Shown: positions 1 through 8,880 of the stretch, piece after piece
Layout: each line of letters begins with the position of its first letter
How positions within the stretch are numbered: position 1 is the first letter of the stretch
Source: a virus
Taxonomy: Duplodnaviria; Caudoviricetes
IMG/VR virus record: IMGVR_UViG_3300034407_004086
Location: 1-27,540 of that record
Strand: one strand, 5' to 3'
Length of the DNA: 27,540 nt
Made by a program: the position numbers and the translations under genes
The notes under the pieces: model-generated
Database searches by the model: none
What the model saw: only the letters and a program-made list of their open reading frames with translations
What the model was told of the DNA's origin: nothing

Positions 1-2
1 CA

Positions 3-221
3 AGGGAAATATTAGATATGCTTTATCTATTTAATTTGATAGAAAAAAAGGGAGCATGGATATCTGTGTCAGAAGGCTTAGTAAAGGAACTTCAAGAAAA
101 AGACTTAGAAATTAATGAAAAATTCCAAGGAGAGCAGCGAATAATTGACTTCCTAGAAGAGAATGAGAAACTTTCTGATTTTCTTTATGAAGATTTCAAA
201 AAGTTAACAAATGCGCTTTAA
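3..221 (+). CDS. recA: RecA-like recombinase, C-terminal fragment (5' truncated by window)
   Basis: Frame is open from the window edge (REILDMLY...). LIEKKGAW...KFQGEQRIIDFLEEN resembles the RecA C-terminal domain (IEKSGAWYSY...GQG...FL.EN). It precedes a replication cluster. Confidence 0.65.
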   Translation, partial: REILDMLYLFNLIEKKGAWISVSEGLVKELQEKDLEINEKFQGEQRIIDFLEENEKLSDFLYEDFKKLTNAL

Positions 222-621
222 AACCCTAACGGGCGCAACTAGAACAGTTAAGAAATCAAAAAACTTTTTGATAGACTGGGATGGAAAAAGCCGCAGTAAG
301 ATACAATTTAACGTAAAACAATACTTAAAAAAATATTGGGTTAACCATATTGTCTTTGAGGAATTCCCAGTAGCAGGAACAAAACTATCTTTAGATTTTT
401 ATAATGCAAATAAAAAAGTGGCCATAGAAGTTCAGGGCCAACAGCACACAAAGTATGTCCCCTTTTTTCATGGCGGCAATAAAATTAACTACTTAAATCA
501 ATTAAAAAGAGATCAAGATAAGTTAAAATTTTGTGAATTAAATAATATTCAATTGATTGAAATATATCAAAACGATAAGCTCGATAAAGATTTATTTCTG
601 AATCATGGATTAATCTTATAA
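211..621 (+). CDS. PD-(D/E)XK endonuclease, Vsr/DUF559-like
   Basis: EEFPV...LDFY...VAIEVQGQQH...RDQDKLKFCELNNIQLIEI follows the DUF559/Vsr-type pattern (E..D...E.DG..H...D..K). Confidence 0.7.
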   Translation: MRFKTLTGATRTVKKSKNFLIDWDGKSRSKIQFNVKQYLKKYWVNHIVFEEFPVAGTKLSLDFYNANKKVAIEVQGQQHTKYVPFFHGGNKINYLNQLKRDQDKLKFCELNNIQLIEIYQNDKLDKDLFLNHGLIL

Positions 622-624
622 TGT

Positions 625-640
625 GTGTAATATATAATAC
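625..640 (+). promoter_or_regulatory. GTGTA-N11-ATG element (putative phage-specific promoter)
   Basis: GTGTA ATATATAATAC ATG(641); same motif and spacing recur before other genes. Confidence 0.6.
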
Positions 641-922
641 ATGAGCAACGAAGACATTGATCCAGAAAATTTAAATAAATTTAATTTGCCAGAAAATATC
701 TTGACGCAACTTTTTGAATTCTCTGGTTTTACAGATGGGGATAGCGGATTCATATTAACATATGTGAATCAAGATGGAACTCCCTCTATAGTCACAAAAA
801 CAAATTCCCCAGTTGTAGAAATGGGTTTAAGGAAAGCCTTAGAGCAGTACCTAGAACAGGTTTCTGCGCAGGGTATTGAATTAAATTTTCCAGGAGAAGG
901 CGGGGACGAAGAAACTCCTTGA
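641..922 (+). CDS. Hypothetical acidic protein (93 aa)
   Basis: Clean ORF between the endonuclease and helicase genes, preceded by the GTGTA element; no recognised motif. Confidence 0.7.
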   Translation: MSNEDIDPENLNKFNLPENILTQLFEFSGFTDGDSGFILTYVNQDGTPSIVTKTNSPVVEMGLRKALEQYLEQVSAQGIELNFPGEGGDEETP

Positions 923-947
923 CTTATTTGCGTTTGTGTGATACCAT
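919..947 (+). promoter_or_regulatory. Sigma70-type promoter for the dnaB operon (leaderless)
   Basis: TTGACT(919-924)-17 nt-TACCAT(942-947) with extended TGn; ATG at 954 lies 6 nt past the -10. Confidence 0.65.
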
Positions 948-953
948 TGTCTT

Positions 954-2468
954 ATGGTATATTCATATGAACTAGAACAACATTTACTAGCGGGGCTGAT
1001 AAAATATCCAGAATCTTACCCGCTTATCGCGTCCTTTATAACAGATAAAGATTTTTTTGATAAAAACAGTATAGTAAATAAAACTATATTTTGCGTATTA
1101 AGGCAGTCTCTTGAAGCTTCAGAAATTCTTGACGAAGTTCTTTTATCCCAAAGAGTACAATCTTTAGGTATATCTTTTGAAGATAATATAAATATAGCGG
1201 ACTATATAAAGGCTTTATCTATGCGACAAATCTCTAAAGACGGAGTGTTGAAAGCAGCTAAAGAGCTTAAAAAGATTACAGTACGAAGAGAAATACATGA
1301 TGCGTCAATCGATGTAGCAAAAAGTATGAAATCAATCTCTTCCGCTTCAACCTATGACCAAATCGTTTCAGAGGCAGATAAAATATATAATGAAAAAATC
1401 AATCTGTATGAAATAGGTTCCGATAATCCAGAAAATCTTTTTGAGGAAATGGAAGAGTTTATCGAAGGTAGAGGTAACAACCCAATAGATGAATTCGGCC
1501 TAATGGGCCCACACCCAAGAGTTAATGAGCTTTACGGGTCGTTACTTAGACCAGGAAATATAACTGTAGTAGTAGCAAGAGCTGGAGTAGGAAAAACTCA
1601 ATTTTGTATGGACTTCTGCACAAAGGTTTCTGCAATAAATAATAACACCCCAATATTACATTTTGATAACGGGGAAATGAGTAAAGAAGAGCTTATCGTT
1701 CGGCAATGCTCGGCTTTATCAGGAGTGCCCATGCATTTATTGGAGACTGGAAGATGGAGGCAAGCGGGAGAAGAAATTGTAAATAGAGTCAGACAGACTT
1801 GGAAAAAAATTAAGAACTTTCAATTCTATTATTACAACGTCGCAGGTCATTCTATTGATAGTATGTTAAACATAATTAGAAGATTTTATTTTTCAGAAGT
1901 CGGAAGGGGAAATCGAATGATTTTTAGTTTTGACTATATTAAAACAACATACGAAAGGCAAAACGGAGCCAGCTCTTGGGAAACAGTCGGAAGAATGGTT
2001 GATAAATTCAAACAGTTAATACAAAAAGAATTATGTTTTAATGGAGCCCCAACAATAGCTATGTTAACAAGCGTGCAAAGTAATAGGCTTGGTATAACAA
2101 ACAATAGAAATTCTGATAACGTAGTAGATGACGAAAGTATTGTCTCTCTTTCAGATCAGATCACTCAATTCTGCTCTCACCTTTTTCTTCTTCGACAAAA
2201 AACCATGGATGAGATACAAAACGAACCAGAAGGTTTTGGAACCCATAAACTTATATGTCTTAAATACAGATGGCTAGGTAAGGATGTCCACAGAGCGCTT
2301 CAACCTATAGAAATGCCAGACGGCAGTAAAAGAAAAAATTATATCAACTTACACATGGAAAACTTCGCGCTAGAGGAGCGGGGAGATCTTCAAGATTTAG
2401 TTTCCCACATGAATTCTGAAGGGGTTGGAGCTGCAGAACAATTTATGGAGGATTTACCAAATATATAA
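954..2468 (+). CDS. dnaB: Replicative DNA helicase, DnaB family (SF4)
   Basis: N-terminal 'ELEQHLLAGLI' DnaB-N pattern; Walker A ARAGVGKT; H1a DNGEMS; Walker B FDYIK; H3 VQSNR. Confidence 0.9.
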   Translation: MVYSYELEQHLLAGLIKYPESYPLIASFITDKDFFDKNSIVNKTIFCVLRQSLEASEILDEVLLSQRVQSLGISFEDNINIADYIKALSMRQISKDGVLKAAKELKKITVRREIHDASIDVAKSMKSISSASTYDQIVSEADKIYNEKINLYEIGSDNPENLFEEMEEFIEGRGNNPIDEFGLMGPHPRVNELYGSLLRPGNITVVVARAGVGKTQFCMDFCTKVSAINNNTPILHFDNGEMSKEELIVRQCSALSGVPMHLLETGRWRQAGEEIVNRVRQTWKKIKNFQFYYYNVAGHSIDSMLNIIRRFYFSEVGRGNRMIFSFDYIKTTYERQNGASSWETVGRMVDKFKQLIQKELCFNGAPTIAMLTSVQSNRLGITNNRNSDNVVDDESIVSLSDQITQFCSHLFLLRQKTMDEIQNEPEGFGTHKLICLKYRWLGKDVHRALQPIEMPDGSKRKNYINLHMENFALEERGDLQDLVSHMNSEGVGAAEQFMEDLPNI

Positions 2469-3511
2469 TGCAATCAATATCTTCAGACAAAATAAAAGAA
2501 TGTTTAATTAACCTAGGTTACAAACTTAACGATAGAGGGCCCTACTGGCAAACAAATGCTATTTTCAGAAATGGAGACAATAATACAGCGCTTCAAATAT
2601 ACAAAAACACGGGAGTCTGGAAAGATCACGTTCAAGGATCAACTTTTTCTCCGCTAAAAAGATTAGTAGAGATAACGTTAGGTACGAACGACAAAAACGA
2701 ATTAAAGAAATATTTAGAAGAAGAAGATTTAGGAGCGAATTACAACAAAATAGAATCAATCGAAAAAATAGAAATGGAAGAAATATATCCAGAAGACTGC
2801 TTAAACAAATTATTACCTCATTATAAATTTTACAATGATCGAGGAATTAGCGACGAAACCCTCAAAAGGTTAAAAGGTGGATTCGCTACAAACGGAAAAC
2901 TAAATAAAAGATTTATATTCCCAATATACAATGAATTTAATCAAATTCACGGCTTCTCAGGTAGAGATATGACCACCATAGAAGGAAGGCCAAAATGGAA
3001 GCATATCGGAAAGAAAAAATCTTGGATCTACCCTTTATACGCAAACAAAGAAACAAAGATTGCAATCGAAGAGAAAGATTCAGTTATACTAGTTGAAAGT
3101 ATCGGAGATTTGCTAAAATTAAATGAAAACGGATATTACAACGTTCTTGTCACCTTTGGCTTGGATTTGCCAAATAAACTTATATTCTCACTAATATCTC
3201 TCAACCCATCCAAAGTTATTTTATCATTAAATAATGACTCAGGATCCTCCAGAAACAGAGGTTTAGAAGCTTCAATAAAAAATTATCTAAAATTATTAAA
3301 TTACTTGGAGCCTGATAAAATTTCAATATGTTTACCATCGGCAAAAGATTTTGGAGAAATGAGCGGCGATCAATTTAATTCTTGGAAAAATAAGCTATCA
3401 TCTACAGACGCAAAAACACAACAAAAATTTATAATAAAAGAAATACAAAAGCTCGAAAAGATCATACCAAAAAGTATATTAAAAAACAAAAAAATAATAA
3501 TCAATGAGTGA
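2468..3511 (+). CDS. DNA primase, DnaG-like (TOPRIM)
   Basis: RFIFPIYN...GFSGR...PKW (DnaG catalytic N-domain), LVESIGD and KDFGEM TOPRIM motifs; TAATG-coupled to the helicase gene. Confidence 0.85.
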   Translation: MQSISSDKIKECLINLGYKLNDRGPYWQTNAIFRNGDNNTALQIYKNTGVWKDHVQGSTFSPLKRLVEITLGTNDKNELKKYLEEEDLGANYNKIESIEKIEMEEIYPEDCLNKLLPHYKFYNDRGISDETLKRLKGGFATNGKLNKRFIFPIYNEFNQIHGFSGRDMTTIEGRPKWKHIGKKKSWIYPLYANKETKIAIEEKDSVILVESIGDLLKLNENGYYNVLVTFGLDLPNKLIFSLISLNPSKVILSLNNDSGSSRNRGLEASIKNYLKLLNYLEPDKISICLPSAKDFGEMSGDQFNSWKNKLSSTDAKTQQKFIIKEIQKLEKIIPKSILKNKKIIINE

Positions 3512-4589
3512 ATTAACAAAACTATCAGCTAGTAGAATTAAAACTGCACAAACTTGTAGTTGGACTTATTGGTGCAATTATAAATTAAAGCTTCCTCAGG
3601 CAGGAAACGACGGCTCAAGTAGGGGAACAATCTGCCACAACATATTTGAGTTGCTTGGCGACAATCACAGATCTGAATTTGACAAAATAATAAAAGAAGG
3701 AACAATATGGAATACTGAAATAGTTGCGTCTCAAGTTAAAGAAGAAGCTGAAGAATTAAACGTTTCGGATCAAGAAAATCTAGACTTAATTGATGAGATG
3801 ATTGTCGCAGGTTTGCGCTGTGACTTTTTCGGAGATTTGGATGAAGAACCTACCCTCGCCGAGTCGGAAAGATTTTTCGATCTAGAAATAGATAAGCCAG
3901 AAAAAGGAGTAAGGTATGCGGTTAGAGGTTATATAGATAAACTTTTTAAATATAAAGATAATTCTGTAATAATAAGAGACTTTAAAAGTAGCAAATCAGT
4001 ATTTAAAGGAAAAGACATAACAGATAATTTGCAAAATTTAATATATTCGTTAGCAGTAAAACATTTGATGCCAGAAACCGAACCCCAAAGCGAGTTTATA
4101 TTCTTGCGATTTGATTTAGACAAAGACGTTTTAGGAGAAAGAGGAAAAGGTTATGTGAAAATGGACAAAATCAGCGAAGAAGAACTAGAGGGTTTCGAGT
4201 ATCAATTAACTGAATTTCAAAAGTATATAGACAACTTTGATGAAGATTGCGCAAAATCCAACTACGCAGCAACCCAAGGTTTCCCAAAAGATGGAACGTT
4301 TGGAGGGCCTTTGGCTTGCGGAAAGGATGGATTTAAAATATCCTATGGTCAGCCGATTTTAGATCAGAATGGAGAACCTATAAAAGCATTCATATGCCCC
4401 TACCGAAAGCCTATGGAATATTATGCGTTAATAAACTCAAAAGATAAAGTTTTAAAAACAGCCTTCCTAAAAGAAAAAGAAAAACTAAAGCCGAACGAAG
4501 AAGATGGAGAAAGAGTTATAAAAATGAACTACGAAGGGTGCCCGCACTGGCAAAACAAAAATAAAATAGATGACTTTCTAGATGGTTAA
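3504..4589 (+). CDS. PD-(D/E)XK exonuclease, RecB/AddB/Cas4-like
   Basis: LSASRI...C..., RGTICHNIFE, GYIDKL, IRDFKSSK, QNLIY motifs; one N-terminal and several C-terminal Cys as in Fe-S staple nucleases. Confidence 0.85.
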   Translation: MSELTKLSASRIKTAQTCSWTYWCNYKLKLPQAGNDGSSRGTICHNIFELLGDNHRSEFDKIIKEGTIWNTEIVASQVKEEAEELNVSDQENLDLIDEMIVAGLRCDFFGDLDEEPTLAESERFFDLEIDKPEKGVRYAVRGYIDKLFKYKDNSVIIRDFKSSKSVFKGKDITDNLQNLIYSLAVKHLMPETEPQSEFIFLRFDLDKDVLGERGKGYVKMDKISEEELEGFEYQLTEFQKYIDNFDEDCAKSNYAATQGFPKDGTFGGPLACGKDGFKISYGQPILDQNGEPIKAFICPYRKPMEYYALINSKDKVLKTAFLKEKEKLKPNEEDGERVIKMNYEGCPHWQNKNKIDDFLDG

Positions 4590-4980
4590 GGTTGACGCTG
4601 CAGGACTTCTTGTAAAACTAGGAGGTTTAATTTTATTGGGTCGCAGATCAAAAGTTTGCGAAAGTCTTTCTGGTTATTGGGCCATCCCCGGTGGAGCGAT
4701 AGAATTAAACGAAAGCCCCAAAGACGCCGCGCTTAGGGAATTTTTCGAAGAAACAGATGTCGAAATAAATCAACAAATATCATATCTAACTAAATTCTCA
4801 ACCCCAAGCGGTGGGACATTTTTTGTGTACTATACGGAGATACAAAATTTAATTTTTCCCAGCTCCGAAGCAAAAGACGCCTTTGAGCATGACGAGTGGG
4901 GATTTTTTAAAATCCAAAAAAACTGCTTACCAACACCAATTACAAAAGAAACTATAAAAGCAATTTTAATGACAAGATGA
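4582..4980 (+). CDS. Nudix hydrolase
   Basis: Nudix box GGAIELNESPKDAALREFFEETDV. Confidence 0.9.
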   Translation: MVKVDAAGLLVKLGGLILLGRRSKVCESLSGYWAIPGGAIELNESPKDAALREFFEETDVEINQQISYLTKFSTPSGGTFFVYYTEIQNLIFPSSEAKDAFEHDEWGFFKIQKNCLPTPITKETIKAILMTR

Positions 4981-6008
4981 AAAAAATTATAATAACAGGA
5001 GTTACAGGTCAAGACGGAAGTCATATGGTTGATTACCTTCTTGAAAATACAAATCACGAATTATACGGAACAGTCAGAAGGCTTAGCGTAAAAAATCATG
5101 AAAACATACTTCATCTAGAAAATGAATCTAGATTTAAGTTAATTAATATGGATTTAAATGATGCGCACAGCATAAGAGACGTGATACTAGATGTTCAACC
5201 TGATTACTTTATAAATTTTGCAGCACAATCTTTTGTTGCTGGAAGTTGGGATTACCCAATTCAAACTTGGGATACAGATGCAGATGCAGTTTTGCATATA
5301 TTAGAATCTATTCGCAGATTCTCCCCGCACTGTAAATTTTATAACGCAGGCTCCTCCGAAGAGTTTGGGGATGTAGTCTGTTCACCTCAAGATGAAAATC
5401 ATCCACTAAGACCTCAATCTCCATATGGTGCTGCAAAATGTGCAGCAAGACATATTGTCAGAGTTTATAGAGAATCTTATAATTTATATGCAGTTCAAGG
5501 GTGGCTTTTTAATCACGAAGGCAACAGAAGAGGTTTGGATTTTGTTACAAGAAAAATCACTCACACGATTGCGAGTATTAAAATAGCAATGGAAAAAGGA
5601 CGTACTCCACCAGTTTTAAAGTTGGGAAATATAGAAGCGAAAAGAGACTGGAGTGACGCGGAAGACTTTATGGAAGGGGTGTGGCTAATGCTTAACCAAG
5701 ATTCTCCCAAAAATTATGTATTAGGTAGTGGAGAGATGCACACGGTCAGAGAGTTCCTGAATGAAGCCCTAAAAAACGCTGGAATACAATTCTCTTCTTC
5801 TGGAGAAAATGAAACAGAGAAATATTTTAATGAAAATAAAGATTTAATTTTTGAGGTTGACCCAAAATTCTATAGACCTGCAGAAGTTCACGAATTATGC
5901 GGAGACTGCTCTTTGGCTGAAAATGAAATGGGGTGGACGCGCAAAACAGATTTTTATGGACTTGTTAAAAAAATGTATCAAAGCGACTACATGTCCTTGA
6001 GCCAATGA
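4977..6008 (+). CDS. gmd: GDP-mannose 4,6-dehydratase
   Basis: ITGVTGQDGSH Rossmann motif, AAQSFV, SSEEFG, PQSPYGAAK (YxxxK), FNHE, FVTRKIT, LGN...RDW, RPAEV. Confidence 0.95.
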   Translation: MKKIIITGVTGQDGSHMVDYLLENTNHELYGTVRRLSVKNHENILHLENESRFKLINMDLNDAHSIRDVILDVQPDYFINFAAQSFVAGSWDYPIQTWDTDADAVLHILESIRRFSPHCKFYNAGSSEEFGDVVCSPQDENHPLRPQSPYGAAKCAARHIVRVYRESYNLYAVQGWLFNHEGNRRGLDFVTRKITHTIASIKIAMEKGRTPPVLKLGNIEAKRDWSDAEDFMEGVWLMLNQDSPKNYVLGSGEMHTVREFLNEALKNAGIQFSSSGENETEKYFNENKDLIFEVDPKFYRPAEVHELCGDCSLAENEMGWTRKTDFYGLVKKMYQSDYMSLSQ

Positions 6009-6961
6009 AGTATAAAAAAATTTTTGTAGCAGGTCACGCAGGAATGGTTGGATCTGCAGTTTTAAATTATTTAAAGTCGATAGGTTGCGAAAAAATCTTA
6101 ACAAAAACAAGGAACGAGTTAGACCTAACGAAACAGGATCAAGTTCATAAATTTTTCGGAAGAGAGCGTCCAGAAATAGTAATTGTTTGTGCCGCTAAGG
6201 TTGGCGGAATTCTTGCCAACAATACTTATCGCGCAGATTTTATATATCAAAATTTACAAATAGCAACAAATTTAATACATGCCTCTCATATATATAATGT
6301 TCATAAATTAATTAATCTTGGTAGTTCATGTATATATCCTAGAGATTCAGAAATTCCGATTAAAGAAGAATATCTACTGACAGATATTTTAGAAAAAACA
6401 AATGAGCCTTATGCAATTGCAAAAATAGCAGCAATTAAATTATGCGAAAGCTTTTATCAGCAATATAATAATAATTTTTACTCTATCATGCCTTGCAATA
6501 TGTACGGAACAAGAGATAATTTTAATTTAGAAACTTCTCATGTTCTACCTGCATTAATAAGAAAAGTTTATGAAGCTAAGCAGAATAAAAAAGAGTCAGT
6601 CGAAGTCTGGGGTAGCGGAAAACCATTGCGTGAATTTTTACACGTCGATGATTTAGCTAGAGCAATAACATATTGCCTAGAGAATATTGACGCAAAAGAT
6701 ATATATAGCAAAGAAATTTCCCACTTAAACTGCGGCTCAAATAGTGAAGTATCAATACTGGATTTAGTTTTACTCATAAAGAAAATTGTAGGTTACGAAG
6801 GGGACATTGTTTTTGACAGCTCAAAACCTGACGGAACATTTCGTAAAAAAATGGATAACACCCAAATATCCAATATGGGATTCGAGCCAAATATATCATT
6901 AGAAAAAGGGCTGACAGATACATATAATTGGTATATAGAAAATCAACATAAATTTGTGTAA
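6005..6961 (+). CDS. fcl: GDP-L-fucose synthase (epimerase/reductase)
   Basis: VAGHAGMVGSA, AAKVGGI.AN, LGSSCIYP, NEPYAIAKIA, SHVLPALIRK, WGSGKPLREFLHVDD, KPDGT. Confidence 0.95.
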   Translation: MKYKKIFVAGHAGMVGSAVLNYLKSIGCEKILTKTRNELDLTKQDQVHKFFGRERPEIVIVCAAKVGGILANNTYRADFIYQNLQIATNLIHASHIYNVHKLINLGSSCIYPRDSEIPIKEEYLLTDILEKTNEPYAIAKIAAIKLCESFYQQYNNNFYSIMPCNMYGTRDNFNLETSHVLPALIRKVYEAKQNKKESVEVWGSGKPLREFLHVDDLARAITYCLENIDAKDIYSKEISHLNCGSNSEVSILDLVLLIKKIVGYEGDIVFDSSKPDGTFRKKMDNTQISNMGFEPNISLEKGLTDTYNWYIENQHKFV

Positions 6962-6970
6962 TAAATAACT
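6956..6970 (+). promoter_or_regulatory. GTGTA-N10-ATG element
   Basis: GTGTA ATAAATAACT ATG(6971). Confidence 0.6.
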
Positions 6971-8182
6971 ATGGAAAAAAAATCTTACTCAGCAAAACGA
7001 TCTGAGCCAAAGAGCTCGGCGCAAACACCCGCAAAAAAGTCCGAACAAAAAAAAGGTTCCGATAAAAACAAACCTGGAAGCGCAGGAGAAAAAGGCGGAA
7101 AAATAACTTTTTCAGATAGAGTTCTTGAATCTTTAAAATCTAAAGTTAAGGAGCACAATTCTAAGAGTAAAAAAAAGGTAACCTTATCTCAATTAAAGAA
7201 AATATACAGAAGAGGCGCAGGGGCTTTTTCATCAAGCCATAGACCAGGAAAAAGTAGAGGTCAATGGGCGATGGCCAGAGTAAATATGTTTTTAAAAATG
7301 GTTAGAGGTGGAAAAGTTAAAGATAGCTACCGCAAGGCTGATCAAGATGTAGCTAAAGCTTCTGCTGGAGTTTTGATTGATGATGGAGCAAGAGACGAAG
7401 CTAATTTATTCACAGAAGAAGATCTTATTACCGCAAATCTAGATATTTATAACCACCAGCTTCAAGAAGATCCTGAGTTCTCGAACGAAATGTGGAGTAC
7501 AATCTTTATTGATGTAGACGAACTTGGCTTTGAAGAGTATGTTGATGAAGAAAGCTGGGCCTCAGAAGCGAATAAAGGAAAAAAATTAAATAAACCATTC
7601 AGAACGCCCAAGGGGCCAAAGAAATTTTCTGTTTATGTTAAAAATGAAAAAGGTAATGTTGTTAAAGTAAATTTCGGCGATCCAAATATGGAGATTAAGC
7701 GCGATAACCCGAATCGCAGAAAAAGCTTTAGAGCTAGACATAATTGCGCAGACCCAGGCCCGAAAACAAAAGCTCGCTATTGGAGCTGTAAAATGTGGAG
7801 CAAAAAAAGCGTGACAAACGTAACAAAAGGAGAAGAGAATCTGGAAGAAGGTCAAGAGGAACCGTCTGAAAGTGATGCTGGTCTTTGGGAAAATATTCAA
7901 AAAAAGAAAAAAAGAATGGGTAAAAACTATAAACCCGCAAAGCCAGGAGACAAAGATTATCCATCTAAAGAAGCAATCAAAAAAGCCCAATCTAAAAAAA
8001 TGAAAAAAGATTATGCTGCAGAAGATGATTTTAAACCTCACATGATGTACGACCCTAAAACAGGAAAAGCTTATAAAGCTAAAACCCTAGAGGATCATTT
8101 AAAAATGAAAAAAATGGGATACACACATGAAAAACCCAATTCCTCGAAAGCGGGCCACCACGACAAAAAAGAAAAAAGTTGA
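6971..8182 (+). CDS. Modular Lys/Arg-rich phage protein (several small basic modules joined by acidic linkers)
   Basis: Modules IYRRGAGAF...HRPG...QWAMARVN (resembles viral DUF5824), KLNKPFRTP...FRARHNC...RYWSCKMW, GLWENI..., FKPHMMYDPKTG; I recall these as recurrent in aquatic phages. Confidence 0.7.
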   Translation: MEKKSYSAKRSEPKSSAQTPAKKSEQKKGSDKNKPGSAGEKGGKITFSDRVLESLKSKVKEHNSKSKKKVTLSQLKKIYRRGAGAFSSSHRPGKSRGQWAMARVNMFLKMVRGGKVKDSYRKADQDVAKASAGVLIDDGARDEANLFTEEDLITANLDIYNHQLQEDPEFSNEMWSTIFIDVDELGFEEYVDEESWASEANKGKKLNKPFRTPKGPKKFSVYVKNEKGNVVKVNFGDPNMEIKRDNPNRRKSFRARHNCADPGPKTKARYWSCKMWSKKSVTNVTKGEENLEEGQEEPSESDAGLWENIQKKKKRMGKNYKPAKPGDKDYPSKEAIKKAQSKKMKKDYAAEDDFKPHMMYDPKTGKAYKAKTLEDHLKMKKMGYTHEKPNSSKAGHHDKKEKS

Positions 8183-8775
8183 ATCTAATTGACGGCAAAG
8201 ATCGAGTGGTTTTGATACTCTCGCATTTTTGGACGCCTATTAACATAACTACAGCGAAAGAAGGAATAAGAAAACTTATATCCTGTGGATCAAAATCTAA
8301 TGAAATTCAATCAGTTCACGCTTTAAGTTTTTCTGGAGAACCTTTGTCTTGGGAGGATTGGATCAATTCTGAGCGAGCAACTTATTACAAAAACCAACCA
8401 TTTCTAAGTTCTTGTAATAGATTGTATCCAGTACCTACGATTTTATTGACAACTTCTAAATGGGTATATAAAAGTAAAAACCCTCCCAACTTACGCTATC
8501 TATACCAAAGATACGAAGGCGTGTGTCAGATTTGTGGTGAACATTTTGACATGAAAGATATGACTATCGAACACGTATACCCTAAAAGCAAAGGCGGAAC
8601 AAAAGAAGATTTTAATGTAACAATGACATGTCAGCCATGCAATTGTAAAAAAGGAACCTTATATCCATATAAAAACTATAAAGGAGAAAGCTTAAAAGCT
8701 TTCAAGCCTTGGCATTTTTTTCATGCCTTTCAAAAAGAGCGTGAGGAATGGCGCCCATTCCTTTTTAAAGAATAA
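8179..8775 (+). CDS. HNH endonuclease (McrA-like)
   Basis: CQICG...TIEHVYPKSKGG...NVTMTCQPCNCKKG; TTG start overlaps the upstream TGA. Confidence 0.9.
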   Translation: MNLIDGKDRVVLILSHFWTPINITTAKEGIRKLISCGSKSNEIQSVHALSFSGEPLSWEDWINSERATYYKNQPFLSSCNRLYPVPTILLTTSKWVYKSKNPPNLRYLYQRYEGVCQICGEHFDMKDMTIEHVYPKSKGGTKEDFNVTMTCQPCNCKKGTLYPYKNYKGESLKAFKPWHFFHAFQKEREEWRPFLFKE

Positions 8776-8792
8776 TTGGCATAGTTATAGCA
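8776..8792 (+). promoter_or_regulatory. Sigma54 (-24/-12)-like promoter upstream of hsp20
   Basis: TTGGCATAGTTATAGCA: GG-N10-GC spacing, versus consensus YTGGCACNNNNNTTGCW. Confidence 0.5.
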
Positions 8793-8869
8793 AATATAGT
8801 ATTGTAAATTCAATAGTATAGTTATTATTGAGACACATTTACACAATACTTCAAAAACAACTATAACAC

Positions 8870-8875
8870 AAGGAG
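8870..8875 (+). promoter_or_regulatory. Shine-Dalgarno site of hsp20
   Basis: AAGGAG ending 5 nt before ATG 8881. Confidence 0.7.
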
Positions 8876-8880
8876 ACAAA

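Noticed and set aside
3504-4589. Cas4 as part of a CRISPR system
   Set aside because: No repeat-spacer array or other cas genes are visible; stand-alone nucleases of this type are common in phage replication clusters.
4825-4829. Other GTGTA occurrences inside coding regions (e.g. 4825, 17964)
   Set aside because: A 5-mer occurs often by chance; these lack the AT-only spacer and downstream gene start, so they were not counted.
4582-4980. Nudix as GDP-mannose mannosyl hydrolase (gmm/wcaH) because it adjoins gmd-fcl
   Set aside because: It has a canonical REUxEE Nudix box, unlike the altered box of Gmm; the substrate cannot be assigned.
8179-8775. HNH as an intron-encoded homing endonuclease
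   Set aside because: Flanking genes look complete and there is no room for intron structure.
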